Source: an uncultured Acidobacteriota bacterium (lineage in GTDB: Bacteria; Acidobacteriota; Vicinamibacteria; Vicinamibacterales; Fen-181). Taken from it: DNA of 64,000 nucleotides. A program made the position numbers and the translations under genes. The notes under the pieces are model-generated. The model made no database searches, was not told where the DNA came from, and saw only the letters and a list, made by a program, of their open reading frames with translations. Below are positions 44,874-55,327 of the stretch, piece after piece. The stretch is taken from contig CAVQXT010000007.1 in assembly GCA_963717945.1 (NCBI GenBank), positions 1,092,662 to 1,156,661 on the forward strand, in the 5' to 3' direction. How positions within the stretch are numbered: position 1 is the first letter of the stretch; every line of letters starts with the position of its first letter.

Positions 44874-45545
44874 ATGAAAGCGCGCAACAAGAAGAGTTCC
44901 GGCGCCGATCAGGTGTCGGAACTGACCACCAATCGCCTGTCCATCTACCTGCGCTGCCTCGACCACCTGTCGGGCGCGGGCGTGCGGACGGTGTCGTCGC
45001 GCTCGCTCGCGGCTCAGTTCGGCCTCAATGCCGCGCAGATTCGCAAGGACCTGGCCTGGTTCGGCGAGTTCGGCGTGCGGGGGGTCGGTTATTCGGTGGA
45101 CGGCCTGACGGCCCACTTGCGCACGATCCTCGGCCTCGGCGAGCCGATCCGCGTCGCGGTGATCGGGGCCGGAAATCTCGGCCAGGCGCTGGCGGACTAC
45201 CCGGGCTTCCCGAACGACGGGTTCATGCCGGTCGCGCTGTTCGACCGGGCGACGATCAAGATCGGCACGCGGTCCAAGGGCGGCGTCCCGATCTTCCACA
45301 TCAGGCGGCTCCCCGCCATCGTCCGCAAGGAGGGGATTCGCATCGCCATGATCGCCGTGCCGGCCGCGGCTGTTCAGCAGGTGGCGAACGCGGCGGTCGC
45401 CGCGGGCCTGCGGGCGATCCTCAATTTCGCGCCCGGGAGCGTCACCGTGCCGCCGGGCGTCAAGGTGAAGAACGTCGACCTCACCGTGTCGCTCGAAGGC
45501 CTGGCGTACCACCTGGCGAATGTCGTTCATGCCAAGACGAACTGA
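44874..45545 (+). CDS. rex: Redox-sensing transcriptional repressor Rex
   Basis: [39 protein letters not shown]. Confidence 0.95.
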   Translation: MKARNKKSSGADQVSELTTNRLSIYLRCLDHLSGAGVRTVSSRSLAAQFGLNAAQIRKDLAWFGEFGVRGVGYSVDGLTAHLRTILGLGEPIRVAVIGAGNLGQALADYPGFPNDGFMPVALFDRATIKIGTRSKGGVPIFHIRRLPAIVRKEGIRIAMIAVPAAAVQQVANAAVAAGLRAILNFAPGSVTVPPGVKVKNVDLTVSLEGLAYHLANVVHAKTN

Positions 45546-46023
45546 GAAAGCCGCGGCCCGGCTGTCGCACGTGGACAGCGCGGGACGGGTCCGGATGGTG
45601 GACGTCAGCCGGAAGGCCGCCACCGCGCGCGAGGCTGTCGCGCGGGGCCACATCAGCATGTCGCCCGCGGCCATCGAGGCCATACGGACGGGGCGTGTGG
45701 CCAAGGGGGACCCGCTCCAGGCCGCGCGGCTCGCCGGCATCATGGGGGCCAAGCGGACCGCCGACCTCGTGCCGCTCTGCCACCCGCTGCCGCTCACGCA
45801 CGTCGGCGTCGAGCTGACGGCCACGCCCGACGGATACGACATCGAGGCGCGCGCCCGCACGACCGCCCCGACCGGCGTCGAGATGGAGGCGCTGACGGCC
45901 GTCTCGGTGGCCGCGCTGACCGTCTACGACATGCTCAAGGCGGTGGACAAGAGGATGGTCATCGGCGGGATTCGGCTGATGGAGAAGCGGGGAGGCCGCT
46001 CGGGCGAATGGCGGAGGGAATGA
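45529..46023 (+). CDS. moaC: Cyclic pyranopterin monophosphate synthase
   Basis: LSHVD...[28 protein letters not shown]. Confidence 0.96.
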   Translation: MPRRTEKAAARLSHVDSAGRVRMVDVSRKAATAREAVARGHISMSPAAIEAIRTGRVAKGDPLQAARLAGIMGAKRTADLVPLCHPLPLTHVGVELTATPDGYDIEARARTTAPTGVEMEALTAVSVAALTVYDMLKAVDKRMVIGGIRLMEKRGGRSGEWRRE

Positions 46024-46991
46024 AAGTCGTCACATCGGTCTACTCGGACCCCACCTGGACGCTCCCCGTCGCCGAGGTCGAACGGCTTTGCCACGCGTTT
46101 CCGCACTCCACGATCGTCAACGCGCCGTCGCGTGAAGAGCGCCTGCGGGAGCTGCCCGACGCCGACGTCGCGTTTCTCTCGCAGCTCCAGCCCGACGAGT
46201 TCGCCGCGGCCTCCCGCCTCCGCTGGATCCAGAGCCCGGCGGCGGGCGTCGCGAGCCTGCTGTTCCCGGCCCTTCGCGACAGCCGCGTGATCCTCACCAA
46301 CGCGCGCGGCATCCACGGCGACGCCATGGCCGAGCACGTCATCGGCCTGGCCATCGTGCTGTTCCGGCAGATGCACGCCGCTCTCCGGGACCAGGTGGGC
46401 CACGCCTGGCGCAAGCCGCCCCAGGCCGCCTTCCGGATGCTGCGCGGACGTGTCTGCGGCGTCGTCGGCCTCGGCTCGATCGGGACGGCGGTGGCCGAGC
46501 GGGCGGCCGCCATGGGGATGGAAGTCATCGCCGTGCGCCGGCGGATCGACGAGCCGCGCCCCGCCCCGGTGTCGGCGGTCTACCCGCCGTCGGGACTGTC
46601 TGTCTTGCTCGGCCGGGCGGACGTCGTCGTCCTCACCGCCCCCCTGACGGGAGACACTCGGGGGCTCATCGGCGCGGCCGAGCTTCGGCAGATGCGACCG
46701 GGCGCGGTGCTCATCAACGTGTCGAGGGGTAAGCTGGTGAAAGAGGGTGAGCTGGCGGCGGAGCTCTCGCGCGGCACCATCGCCGGGGCGGCGCTCGACG
46801 TGTTCGAGCACGAGCCGCTCTCGCCAGACAGCCCGCTATGGGACCTGCCGAACGTCGTCATCACGCCGCACACGTCGGCGTTCAGGGACGATTACTGGAC
46901 GCTCGCGGTGGACCTCCTCGCGTCGAACCTGCGCCGCTTCGAGCGGGGCGAAGCGCTGGCGAACGTCGTCGACAAACGCGCGGGCTATTGA
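46020..46991 (+). CDS. D-2-hydroxyacid dehydrogenase family
   Basis: [25 protein letters not shown]. Confidence 0.92.
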   Translation: MKVVTSVYSDPTWTLPVAEVERLCHAFPHSTIVNAPSREERLRELPDADVAFLSQLQPDEFAAASRLRWIQSPAAGVASLLFPALRDSRVILTNARGIHGDAMAEHVIGLAIVLFRQMHAALRDQVGHAWRKPPQAAFRMLRGRVCGVVGLGSIGTAVAERAAAMGMEVIAVRRRIDEPRPAPVSAVYPPSGLSVLLGRADVVVLTAPLTGDTRGLIGAAELRQMRPGAVLINVSRGKLVKEGELAAELSRGTIAGAALDVFEHEPLSPDSPLWDLPNVVITPHTSAFRDDYWTLAVDLLASNLRRFERGEALANVVDKRAGY

Positions 46992-47038
46992 TTTGGGGTT
47001 TTGGGTTCTGCCGACTTTTGAGTAGAATTCGCAATCCT

Positions 47039-48844
47039 GTGGAGAACAACGACCGGTTCACCCTGGCCGACCTGACATTCCGGTGTCTGGATCGGTTTGC
47101 CAAGCCCGACATCCTGTGCCGCTGCGAAGAGCGCGGCAGCCACTCCCGATCCACCGCGCAACTGTTCGAGGAGACCCGCGCCCTCAGCCTGGGCCTGCGC
47201 GCCCTGGGCCTCGCGGCCGGCGACCGCGTGGCCCTCATCAGCGACAGCCGGCCCGAGTGGGTCACGAGCGACCTGGCCATTCTCGCGGCGGGCGCCGTCA
47301 CGGTGCCGGTTTACCCCACGCTGTCTTCGCCGCAGGCCTGGTTCATCCTGGCCGAGAGCGGCGCGCGGATCGCCATCGTGGCCAACGCGTCGCAGGTGGA
47401 CAAGATCAACGAGGCCGTCCCGGCCGCGTACGAGCTCGAGACGATCGTGGTCATGGACGGCGACGCGAAGGGCGGGCGTTTCCGCGTGCTGACCCTCTCC
47501 GAGGTGGCGGACCGCGGGAGGGCCATCCTCGACGCCGACCCGTCGGCCGAGGAACGGTACCGCAAGACCGCCGCCGAAGTCCGGCCCGAGTCGCTCGCGA
47601 CCATCGTTTACACGTCGGGCACGACGGGCGATCCCAAGGGGGTCATGCTGACCCACCGGAACATCGTCTCCAACGTGCTGGCGACGCAAGGGTGGCTCAG
47701 CCTGGACCCGAGCGACCGGATCCTGTCGTTCCTTCCCCTCAGCCACGTGTTCGAGCGGGTCGTGCTGTTCCGGTGCCTGTACGACGGGGTGAGCATCTAC
47801 TTCGCGGAGAGCATGGCCAGCGTGGCCCGCGACCTGCTGCGCGTGAAGCCGACGATCATGACGGGCGTGCCGAGGGCGTGGGAGAAGTTCTACCAGGCGA
47901 TCCAGGACGGCCTGAAGGCGCTCGGCGGCCCGCGAAAGACCCTGGCCGACTGGGGCATCGGCGTCGGCTTCGAGTACGCAAGGCTGTGGCTGTCCGGAAG
48001 GAAGATCCCGACCTGGCTGCGCGTCAGGCGCACGGTGGCCGACACGCTCGTCTTCGCGAAGATCAGGGAGCGCGTCGGCGGCCGCATCCGCTTCCTGGTG
48101 TCGGGCAGCGCGCCGCTCTCGGCCAAGATCGGCGAGTTCTTCTTCGCGATCAACCTGCCGATCCTCGAGGCGTACGGCCTGACCGAAAGCTCGCCGGGGA
48201 TCTCGGGCAACCCGATGGCCGCGCCGCGTCTCGGCACGGTGGGCAAGCCGCTGCCGGGCGTCGAGGTGCGCATCGCGTCCGACGGCGAGATCCTCGTCCG
48301 CGGCCCGAACGTCATGCAGGGCTATTACAAGCGGAAGGAAGCCACCGAGGAGACGCTGACCGGCGGCTGGCTCCACACCGGCGACATCGGGGAGGTGAGC
48401 GCCGACGGCTACCTGTCCATCACCGACAGGAAGAAGGACCTGATCGTGACGTCGGGCGGCAAGAAGATTGCGCCGCAGCCGCTCGAGAACCTGCTCAAGG
48501 CCGACCCGCTCATCTCCGAGGCGGTGCTCATCGGCGAGCAGCGGAAGTTCCCCGCGGCCCTGCTCGTCCCGGACTTCGCCAGGCTGGAGGCGCGGTTTGC
48601 GGCCATGAAGCTGCGCGCCGCCTCGCGCGAGGAGCTGGTGCGCCATCCCGAGGTGCTGCGGCTCTACCAGGACGTCCTGGATCGGCTGAACGGGAGCCTG
48701 GCGCAGTTCGAGCGCGTCAAGCGGTTCGCGCTGCTGCCGTCCGAGTTCACGATGGAGCGCGGCGAGCTGACGCCGACGATGAAGGTGCGGCGCCAGGTGG
48801 TGGAGCAGCGCTGGCGGCCGCTCATCGAGACGATCTACGGGTAG
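47039..48844 (+). CDS. Long-chain fatty acid-CoA ligase (AMP-binding)
   Basis: YTSGTTGDPKG, YGLTE, HTGDIG, DRKKDLIVTSGGK, ELTPTMK. Confidence 0.93.
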   Translation: MENNDRFTLADLTFRCLDRFAKPDILCRCEERGSHSRSTAQLFEETRALSLGLRALGLAAGDRVALISDSRPEWVTSDLAILAAGAVTVPVYPTLSSPQAWFILAESGARIAIVANASQVDKINEAVPAAYELETIVVMDGDAKGGRFRVLTLSEVADRGRAILDADPSAEERYRKTAAEVRPESLATIVYTSGTTGDPKGVMLTHRNIVSNVLATQGWLSLDPSDRILSFLPLSHVFERVVLFRCLYDGVSIYFAESMASVARDLLRVKPTIMTGVPRAWEKFYQAIQDGLKALGGPRKTLADWGIGVGFEYARLWLSGRKIPTWLRVRRTVADTLVFAKIRERVGGRIRFLVSGSAPLSAKIGEFFFAINLPILEAYGLTESSPGISGNPMAAPRLGTVGKPLPGVEVRIASDGEILVRGPNVMQGYYKRKEATEETLTGGWLHTGDIGEVSADGYLSITDRKKDLIVTSGGKKIAPQPLENLLKADPLISEAVLIGEQRKFPAALLVPDFARLEARFAAMKLRAASREELVRHPEVLRLYQDVLDRLNGSLAQFERVKRFALLPSEFTMERGELTPTMKVRRQVVEQRWRPLIETIYG

Positions 48845-48858
48845 GACCCTCACCTGAC

Positions 48859-48882
48859 AGCGCAGGGCTTAAGCCCTGCGCT
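48859..48882. repeat. Perfect 24-bp palindrome AGCGCAGGGCTTAAGCCCTGCGCT (REP-like, possible bidirectional terminator)
   Basis: Lies between convergent acyl-CoA ligase and lepB. Confidence 0.75.
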
Positions 48883-48915
48883 ATCTGACGTGCCCTGCGC
48901 TCTCCGCGAAGCCTT

Positions 48916-49533
48916 CTACTGGAAGATCCTCGCCTGAGGCACCGGCCACCACCTCACCTGCACCTTGCCGATGATGTACTTCTTCGGCACCATGCCCCAT
49001 TGACGGCTGTCGGAGCTGTTGTTCCGGTGGTCGCCCATGACGAAGTAATACCCCTCCGGGATCACCTGCGGGCCGTAGTCGTCGTGGCTTCGGAACTCGT
49101 TCGGCACGTAATCGTCGTTGAGCGGCACGTCGTTCACATAGACGCGGCCGTCCACGATGCGCACCATGTCGCCTTCCTCGGCGATGACCCGCTTGACGAA
49201 CGACTTGTCCGGGTTCACCGGGTAGTACAACATCACGATGTCGCCCTTGCGGGGCGAACTGATCCGGTAGATCAGCTTGTTGACGATCAACCGGTCCTGG
49301 TCCTCGAGCGTCGGGGCCATGCTCATCCCCTCGACCCGGGCGACCTGGAATCCGAACGTGACGATGAGGACCGCATAGACGGCGGCCGAGGCCACGGTCC
49401 TGATCCAGGCCCAGACTTCGTCGCGGATCCTGGCCAGGGTGGCGTTGGTGGAAGACACGGCCGGGCGCGGACGAGCCGTCCGCGTGCGGGCGGCGGCACC
49501 CGTGACCGGGTCGGCGCCCGCGCCGTCGTCCAC
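48916..49533 (-). CDS. lepB: Signal peptidase I
   Basis: GMSMAPTL, FVKRVI, MGDHRNNSSDSR; start uncertain. Confidence 0.92.
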   Translation of the reverse strand: MDDGAGADPVTGAAARTRTARPRPAVSSTNATLARIRDEVWAWIRTVASAAVYAVLIVTFGFQVARVEGMSMAPTLEDQDRLIVNKLIYRISSPRKGDIVMLYYPVNPDKSFVKRVIAEEGDMVRIVDGRVYVNDVPLNDDYVPNEFRSHDDYGPQVIPEGYYFVMGDHRNNSSDSRQWGMVPKKYIIGKVQVRWWPVPQARIFQ

Positions 49534-49580
49534 CCTGGGCGACCAGGGCAGCCAGGGCTCCGGCGTGATGGGCGTCGCCG

Positions 49581-50354
49581 CTACAGCTTCAGGTAGTCCC
49601 GAAGGCGTTTGGTCTGGGACCGGCTGACCGGGATCTCCGTGGTCTTCGCGTCCTTCATCCTGAGGATGTAATTCCTGCTGAACCAGGGGACTATCTCCTT
49701 GATCTTGTTGATGTTCACGAGGTGCGACCGGTGCACCCGCCAGAAGACCGCGGGGTCCAGCGTCGCTTGCAGCTCGTCGAGCGTCCGGCAACTGGACGTC
49801 CCGGCGACCTGCCCCGTGACTATGCATATCGTATCGCGATTCAGGGATGCATAGATCACATCGTCTGCCTGGACCAGCAGGAACCGCTCCCCGACCTTGA
49901 CCGCGATCTGACCCCGCCGCTGCTCGCGGTCGCCGATCAACTTGACGATCTTGCCGAGGTGCTCGTTCAGCGGCTCCTCGGCCTCGATCCGTCGCCGGAC
50001 GCGCTGGAGCGCCTGTTCGAGCCGCGCGGGCTCGACCGGTTTGAGCAGGTAATCGACCGCGTTGACCTCGAACGCTTCGACCGCGTGCTGGTCGAACGCC
50101 GTGACGAATACCACCTGGCTCTCGAGCCCGTCGGCGAGTATGCCCCGGGCCACGTCGAACCCGCCGAGGCCGGGCATCTGGATGTCGAGGAAGACCACGT
50201 CGGGGCGGAGGCGCTTCAGCTGGTCGAGCGCCTCGACGCCGTTCTCGGCCTGCCCGGCTACTGTCACCCCGTCCACCTGGGCGAGCTGAAAGCACAGCTC
50301 GTCACGCGCCAGCTGCTCGTCGTCGACGACCAGTGCTCGAAGTTCCATCGTCAA
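49581..50354 (-). CDS. LytTR-family response regulator
   Basis: VVDDE, FLDIQMP, DYLLKP, FWRVHRSHLVN, IPVSR. Confidence 0.95.
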   Translation of the reverse strand: MTMELRALVVDDEQLARDELCFQLAQVDGVTVAGQAENGVEALDQLKRLRPDVVFLDIQMPGLGGFDVARGILADGLESQVVFVTAFDQHAVEAFEVNAVDYLLKPVEPARLEQALQRVRRRIEAEEPLNEHLGKIVKLIGDREQRRGQIAVKVGERFLLVQADDVIYASLNRDTICIVTGQVAGTSSCRTLDELQATLDPAVFWRVHRSHLVNINKIKEIVPWFSRNYILRMKDAKTTEIPVSRSQTKRLRDYLKL

Positions 50355-50400
50355 ATCCCCCGCGCTCCGAGCGCGACCGCCCGCCCGGCGGGCCCCGCGG

Positions 50401-51744
50401 TCACGACTCCCGGCCGGCCCTGGCGGCCCGCAGCGGGATCTCGAAGCGGGCGCACGTTCCGCCGTCGGTGCTGCTGGTCAGCTTGAGCTGGTAGTTGGCG
50501 CCGTAGGTCACGCTCAGCCGCTCGTTCACGTTGCTCAGCCCGATGCCGGCCGTCAGCGCGTTCCGGAGCTGCGCGTCGGTCATCCCGAAGCCGTCGTCGA
50601 TCACTTCGATGACCAGGTGCGCCCGCTCCACGAAGCTGCGCAGGGTGATGGTCCCGCCGCCGAGCTTGGCCGTCAAGCCGTGCTTGATGGAGTTCTCGAT
50701 GATCGGCTGGAGGATCATCGACGGCACCGTCAGGTCGAGGGTGTCGGGGCCCACCTGCTTGTCCACCCTGAGCTGCGGCCCGAAGCGCACCACCTCGATG
50801 TCGAGGTACTGGTCGATCGACTGCAGCTCCTCGCGCAGCGTCACGAAGTGGTCGCGGCTCTTCAGTCGCTGGCGCAGCAGGTTCGACAGCTTGCCCACCA
50901 GCATCCGCGCCGTCTCGGGCTTGGACCGGATGAGCGACGAGATCGAGTTCAGCGTGTTGAACAGGAAGTGGGGGTTGATCTGGCTCGACAGCGCCTCGAT
51001 TCGGGCCGCCATCAGCAGCTTCTCCTGCTCGGCCAGCTGGTGCTCGAGCCGGGCGCCGTTCCAGATCTTGATCGGGATGGCGATGGCCAGCACGGTCGCG
51101 ACGATGAGCAGCGCCGCCATCCAGGCGCTCGTGGCGTGGAGGTAGAACAGGTGCTTCGCCCCGAATTTCTCGCCGACCGTCATGCGGATCCCCTCCATGA
51201 AGATCGGGGCGAGCACGAGGACGACCTGCCAGTCGATCTGCAGCGTGCGCATCGACCGCCACACCCGGCGGTGGAGCGTGGTGAACACGAAGGGGGAGAA
51301 ATGCCAGATGTCCGGCTTCGGGCACAGTTCCCGGAGCCCGCCGCCGGCGAACCCGCACCCGACGGCGAAGGGGAGCGAACCGAACTCGCCGGCGAACATC
51401 GGCGGCAGGCCGCACATCGTCCCGACCAGCGCCCCCGCGTAAGGGCCGGCGATGAGCCCCGCGAGGAACGTCGCCTCTAGCGTCAGGTCGGCCGCCTTGT
51501 AGCCGAGCAGGAGCCGCGCCACCACGCCGGCGCACGTCGGGATCCCGAGCGCCAGGGCGAAGGTCAGGCGATCGGGCCAGGCGCGCCGCTCGGTCAGCAG
51601 GATCGCGCGGAACCTGTGGTACCGGACAAGGACGATGGCCAGTGCGGCGATGACCGCCAGCTTGACGACGAGCGTCGTCATCAGGATCTGCTGCGCGGTG
51701 AGGCCGTGAGGCTGCTGTGGCACCGAGTAGGTAGCTTGCGTCAC
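50401..51744 (-). CDS. LytS-family membrane sensor histidine kinase
   Basis: QINPHFLFNTLNSI, QPIIENSIKHG, DDGFG, GIGLSNV; multi-TM N-terminus. Confidence 0.93.
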   Translation of the reverse strand: MTQATYSVPQQPHGLTAQQILMTTLVVKLAVIAALAIVLVRYHRFRAILLTERRAWPDRLTFALALGIPTCAGVVARLLLGYKAADLTLEATFLAGLIAGPYAGALVGTMCGLPPMFAGEFGSLPFAVGCGFAGGGLRELCPKPDIWHFSPFVFTTLHRRVWRSMRTLQIDWQVVLVLAPIFMEGIRMTVGEKFGAKHLFYLHATSAWMAALLIVATVLAIAIPIKIWNGARLEHQLAEQEKLLMAARIEALSSQINPHFLFNTLNSISSLIRSKPETARMLVGKLSNLLRQRLKSRDHFVTLREELQSIDQYLDIEVVRFGPQLRVDKQVGPDTLDLTVPSMILQPIIENSIKHGLTAKLGGGTITLRSFVERAHLVIEVIDDGFGMTDAQLRNALTAGIGLSNVNERLSVTYGANYQLKLTSSTDGGTCARFEIPLRAARAGRES

Positions 51745-51765
51745 CCTCGGACCGGTGTCAAACGC

Positions 51766-51799
<34 letters not shown>

Positions 51800-51813
51800 C
51801 ACGCCGTGGGCTG

Positions 51814-52033
51814 TGAGCCGCAGGCCGTGTTCAGAGAACAGCGCCGCGGCCAGGCGGCCCGGTCGGTCCTATGCCGCGCCGCAGGGTCTGCCCGAAGCAA
51901 AGCGTAAACCTGCCCCGACCGTGCGGCCAGGGAGGGGCCGCTTTGCGAAGCGGCAGACCCGAGACGCGGCGTTCAATCGGTCGCGGCCGCCGCGTTCGGC
52001 GCCGTGCTCGCCCAGGCGGGAGTCATGGGCCAG
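51814..52033 (+). repeat. About 215-bp structured dispersed repeat, copy 2
   Basis: Aligns with the reverse complement of 32493-32706; long imperfect hairpin. Confidence 0.85.
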
Positions 52034-52112
52034 CTTGAGCTCCTGCGCATGTACGCCTCACGGCTCGCGGGCGGGAGGGAAGATGCTATGATCGCTTCGG
52101 AGGGCCTCTCGG

Positions 52113-52529
52113 ATGATCAAGGCGCTGTTGGTCGGATTTGCGACCACGCTCCGCTACGTCTTCACCAAGCCGGTCACGGTCAACTACCCCGAGGAGAAAG
52201 TCCCGGTCTTCCCCAAGCTCCGCGGGAAGCAGGTCCTCATGCGGGACGAGAACGGGCTCGAGAAGTGCGTGGCCTGCGGCTTGTGCGCCGTCGCCTGCCC
52301 GGCCGACGCGATCTACCTCGAGGCGGCCGAGAACGACGGAACCGTGCAGGCCGGCCCGCGCTACGCCAAGGTCTACCAGATCCACAAGACGCGCTGCATC
52401 TTCTGCGGTTACTGCGAAGAAGCCTGCCCGGTGTCGGCCATCTTCATGGGCAAGGACTACGAGCTGGCCGTTTACAGCAAGAGCGACTTCATCTGGGACA
52501 AGTCGGACCTGCTGGTGTCGGCCAGCTGA
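52113..52529 (+). CDS. nuoI: NADH-quinone oxidoreductase subunit I-like 2x[4Fe-4S] protein
   Basis: TVNYPEEK, CVACGLCAVACP, CIFCGYCEEACP. Confidence 0.9.
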   Translation: MIKALLVGFATTLRYVFTKPVTVNYPEEKVPVFPKLRGKQVLMRDENGLEKCVACGLCAVACPADAIYLEAAENDGTVQAGPRYAKVYQIHKTRCIFCGYCEEACPVSAIFMGKDYELAVYSKSDFIWDKSDLLVSAS

Positions 52530-52546
52530 CGGCGGCTGCCGCCGAT

Positions 52547-54385
52547 ATGCTGCGCCCCTTCCTCGACGAGATCGACCAGCGCGTGCTCGTGTGCGACGGC
52601 GCCATGGGCACGATGCTCTACTCGAAGGGCGTGTTCGTCAACCGCTGCTTCGAGTCGCTCAACACCTCCGAGCCCGACCTGGTCGCCGAGGTCCACCTCG
52701 GCTACGTGCGGGCGGGCGCGGACGTCCTCGAGACCAATACCTTCGGCGCCAACCGGGTCAAGCTGTCCTCGTTCGGCCTGGCCGACCGGGTGCGGGCGAT
52801 CAACATCGCCGGCGCGCGGGTGGCCCGGCACGCGGCCCGGGAGCAGGCCTACGTGGCCGGCGCCATCGGCCCGCTCGGCATCCGGATCGAGCCGTGGGGC
52901 AAGACCGGCGTCGACGAGGCGGAGGAGTTCTTCCGCGAGCAGGCGGCGGCGCTGCTCGAGGGGAAGGTGGACCTGTTCATCCTCGAGACGTTCCGCGACC
53001 TGAAGGAGATCGGCGCGGCGATCGCGGCCGTCCGCGGGCTGTGCGACCTGCCGATCGTCGCGCAGATGACGATCGAGGAGCACGGCAACACGCTCGACGG
53101 GACGCCGCCCGAGAAGTTCGCGCCCGAGCTGGTCCGGCTCGGCGCGCACGTCGTCGGCGTCAACTGCAGCGTCGGCCCCGCGGCCATGCTCGAGACGATC
53201 GAGCGGATCGCGGCCGCCACCGGCGCCCCGCTGTCCGCCCAGCCCAACGCGGGCAAGCCCCGGCACATCGAGGGGCGGACGATCTACCTGTCGTCGCCCG
53301 AGTACATGGCCTCCTACGCCCGGCGGTTCGGCGCGAAGGGGGTCAGGCTCGTGGGCGGCTGCTGCGGGACGACGCCCGAGCACATCCGCCAGATCAAGCT
53401 CGCCGTCGGCTCGGTCTCGCCCGCGCCGAGGGCCGGCGCCGTGCGCGTGAGCCCGGTGGCGGCCGGCGAACCGTCGGTGGCCCCGGTCCCGCGCGAGCGG
53501 AAGTCGAGGCTGGCCCACGCGCTGGCGCGCGGGACGTTCGTGCACCTGGTCGAGCTGGCGCCGCCGAGGGGCCACGAGCCGGGCCCGGTGGTCAACGAGG
53601 CCCGGGCGCTGAAGATCCGCGGCGTCGATGCTGTCAACGTGCCGGACGGGCCGCTGGCCGAGGCGCGGATGAGCGCGCTCTCGACGTCCGTGCTGATCGA
53701 GCAGCGGGCCGGGATCGAGACCGTGCTGCACTACGCCTGCCGCGACCGCAACCTGCTGGGCATGGAGTCGGACCTGCTGGGCGCCCACGCGATGGGGATC
53801 AGGAACCTGCTGCTGGTGACCGGCGATCCGCCGCGGCGGGGCGACTACGCGTTCGCCACCGGCGTCTACGACGTCGACTCGATCGGTCTGACCAACGTCG
53901 TGACGCGGCTCAATCAAGGCGTGGACATCGGCGGCGAGCCGCTCGTCAGCCAGACCGCCTACCATATCGGCGTGGCGGTCAACCCGACGGCGCTCGACCT
54001 GGACGACGAGGTCCGGCGGTTCGAGTTCAAGGTCGAGGCCGGGGCGGAGTTCGCCGTGACGCAGCCGCTGTTCGACCTCGAGGCATTCGACCGGTTCATG
54101 CGGAGAATCGAGCACCTCGGGATTCCGATCCTGGCCGGCCTCTGGCCGTTCGACACCCTGCGGAACGCCGAGTTCCTGGCCAACGAAGTGCCGGGCGTGC
54201 GGGTGCCCGACCACTACCTGCGCCGGATGCGCGCCACCGGTTCGGACGGCGCGGCGGCGGCCGAGGGGGTGGCGATCGCGCGCGAGATCGCGGCGGCGGT
54301 GAAGGACCGGGTGCAGGGGGTGCAACTCTCGAACGCGACCGGGCGCATCCAGGTCGCCCTGGAAGTGCTCGATGGCCTCCTGTAG
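52547..54385 (+). CDS. yitJ: Bifunctional homocysteine S-methyltransferase/methylenetetrahydrofolate reductase
   Basis: DGAMGT, ETNTFGAN, GVNC, GGCCGT, CRDRN, TGDP, GAEFAVTQP. Confidence 0.92.
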   Translation: MLRPFLDEIDQRVLVCDGAMGTMLYSKGVFVNRCFESLNTSEPDLVAEVHLGYVRAGADVLETNTFGANRVKLSSFGLADRVRAINIAGARVARHAAREQAYVAGAIGPLGIRIEPWGKTGVDEAEEFFREQAAALLEGKVDLFILETFRDLKEIGAAIAAVRGLCDLPIVAQMTIEEHGNTLDGTPPEKFAPELVRLGAHVVGVNCSVGPAAMLETIERIAAATGAPLSAQPNAGKPRHIEGRTIYLSSPEYMASYARRFGAKGVRLVGGCCGTTPEHIRQIKLAVGSVSPAPRAGAVRVSPVAAGEPSVAPVPRERKSRLAHALARGTFVHLVELAPPRGHEPGPVVNEARALKIRGVDAVNVPDGPLAEARMSALSTSVLIEQRAGIETVLHYACRDRNLLGMESDLLGAHAMGIRNLLLVTGDPPRRGDYAFATGVYDVDSIGLTNVVTRLNQGVDIGGEPLVSQTAYHIGVAVNPTALDLDDEVRRFEFKVEAGAEFAVTQPLFDLEAFDRFMRRIEHLGIPILAGLWPFDTLRNAEFLANEVPGVRVPDHYLRRMRATGSDGAAAAEGVAIAREIAAAVKDRVQGVQLSNATGRIQVALEVLDGLL

Positions 54386-54506
54386 CGCCAGCGATCTCGC
54401 GAGCCAGGAGGCTCGCGCCACACGAACAGGTGTAGCGCCGGCGGACTCGCGAGCCAGGAGGCTCGCGCCACACGAACAGGTGTAGCGCCGGCCTCCTGGC
54501 CGGCGC
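54381..54506. repeat. GTAG-type REP cluster, 50-bp unit x2 plus a hairpin
   Basis: TGTAGCGCC...CTCGCGAGCCAGGAGGCTCGCGCCACACGAACAGG at 54381 and 54431; GTAGCGCCGGCCTCCTGGCCGGCGC at 54482. Confidence 0.8.
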
Positions 54507-54613
54507 TCGACACACAAACTTGTGGGGCGGGTGCCGAGAATAGTACACTGCCCAGTCCGGCTCACGCCCGCTAAAGTCGACCCAATCGAGCCGAAATACT
54601 TGCGGAGCACTGA

Positions 54614-55327
54614 ATGGCGCTATTTCAACGAGGCGAGTCGGGACGCGCGGAAGAAATCATAGCCACTTCCGATGTGGCGACCCGGGCCTTGTCGGTGACG
54701 GTGGTCGAGAACGATTTCGTCGAAGAGGTCTACCGCAAGCTGGCGCCGAACTACGACTGGTTCTTCGGCCCCACCCTGCACCCCGGTCGCCTGCAGGCGA
54801 TCCAGCGGATGGGCATCAAGCCGACCGACCGCATCCTCGAGGTCGGCGTGGGCACCGGCATCAACGCGGTGCTGTATCCCCGCGAGTGCTCGGTCACCGG
54901 CATCGATTTCTCCGCGGAGATGCTCCAGCGGGGCGAGCGTCGGCTCGCGCGAAAGGGGCGGACCAATGTCCGGCTGCTCGAGATGGACGCGGCCGCGATG
55001 GCCTTCCCTGACAACTCGTTCGACATCGTCTACGCGCCGTACCTGATCAGCGTGGTGCCGGACCCGGTGACCGTCGTCACCGAGATGCGGCGCGTGTGCC
55101 GCCCCGGCGGCCGGGTGATCATCCTCAATCACTTCCGCAGCCCGAACGGCCTGCTGGCCTGGTTCGAGCGCCTGATTTCGCCGCTCACCTTGTACGCCGG
55201 GTTCAAGGCCGACCTCGACCTGCCCGCGTTTCTCGCCCAGGCGGACCTGCACCCGGTGTCGATCGAGAAGGTGAACGTGCCGCGGCTCTGGTCGCTGGTC
55301 ACGTGCGTCAAGGCACCCGTCGACTGA
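54614..55327 (+). CDS. Class I SAM-dependent methyltransferase, PmtA (phospholipid N-methyltransferase)-like
   Basis: YRKLAPNYDWFFG, ILEVGVGTG, YLISVVPDP, ILNHF. Confidence 0.75.
   Translation: MALFQRGESGRAEEIIATSDVATRALSVTVVENDFVEEVYRKLAPNYDWFFGPTLHPGRLQAIQRMGIKPTDRILEVGVGTGINAVLYPRECSVTGIDFSAEMLQRGERRLARKGRTNVRLLEMDAAAMAFPDNSFDIVYAPYLISVVPDPVTVVTEMRRVCRPGGRVIILNHFRSPNGLLAWFERLISPLTLYAGFKADLDLPAFLAQADLHPVSIEKVNVPRLWSLVTCVKAPVD

Noticed and set aside
44871-44891. Rex operator overlapping the rex start
   Set aside because: TCATGAAAGCGCGCAACAA matches TTGTGAA-N4-TTCACAA too weakly to call
51813-52091. Small duplicated protein (LPEAKRKPAPTV...GRFAKRQTRD) shared with 32474-32860
   Set aside because: The copies differ by frame-breaking indels outside the core while base-pairing is kept, so conservation is at nucleic-acid level
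52004-52546. N-terminal extension of yitJ overlapping nuoI
   Set aside because: The extension is the off-frame reading of nuoI; yitJ homology starts at ATG 52547
54381-54506. Possible mini-CRISPR with 50-bp period
   Set aside because: The would-be spacers are identical and palindromic; GTAG-led hairpins fit REP elements
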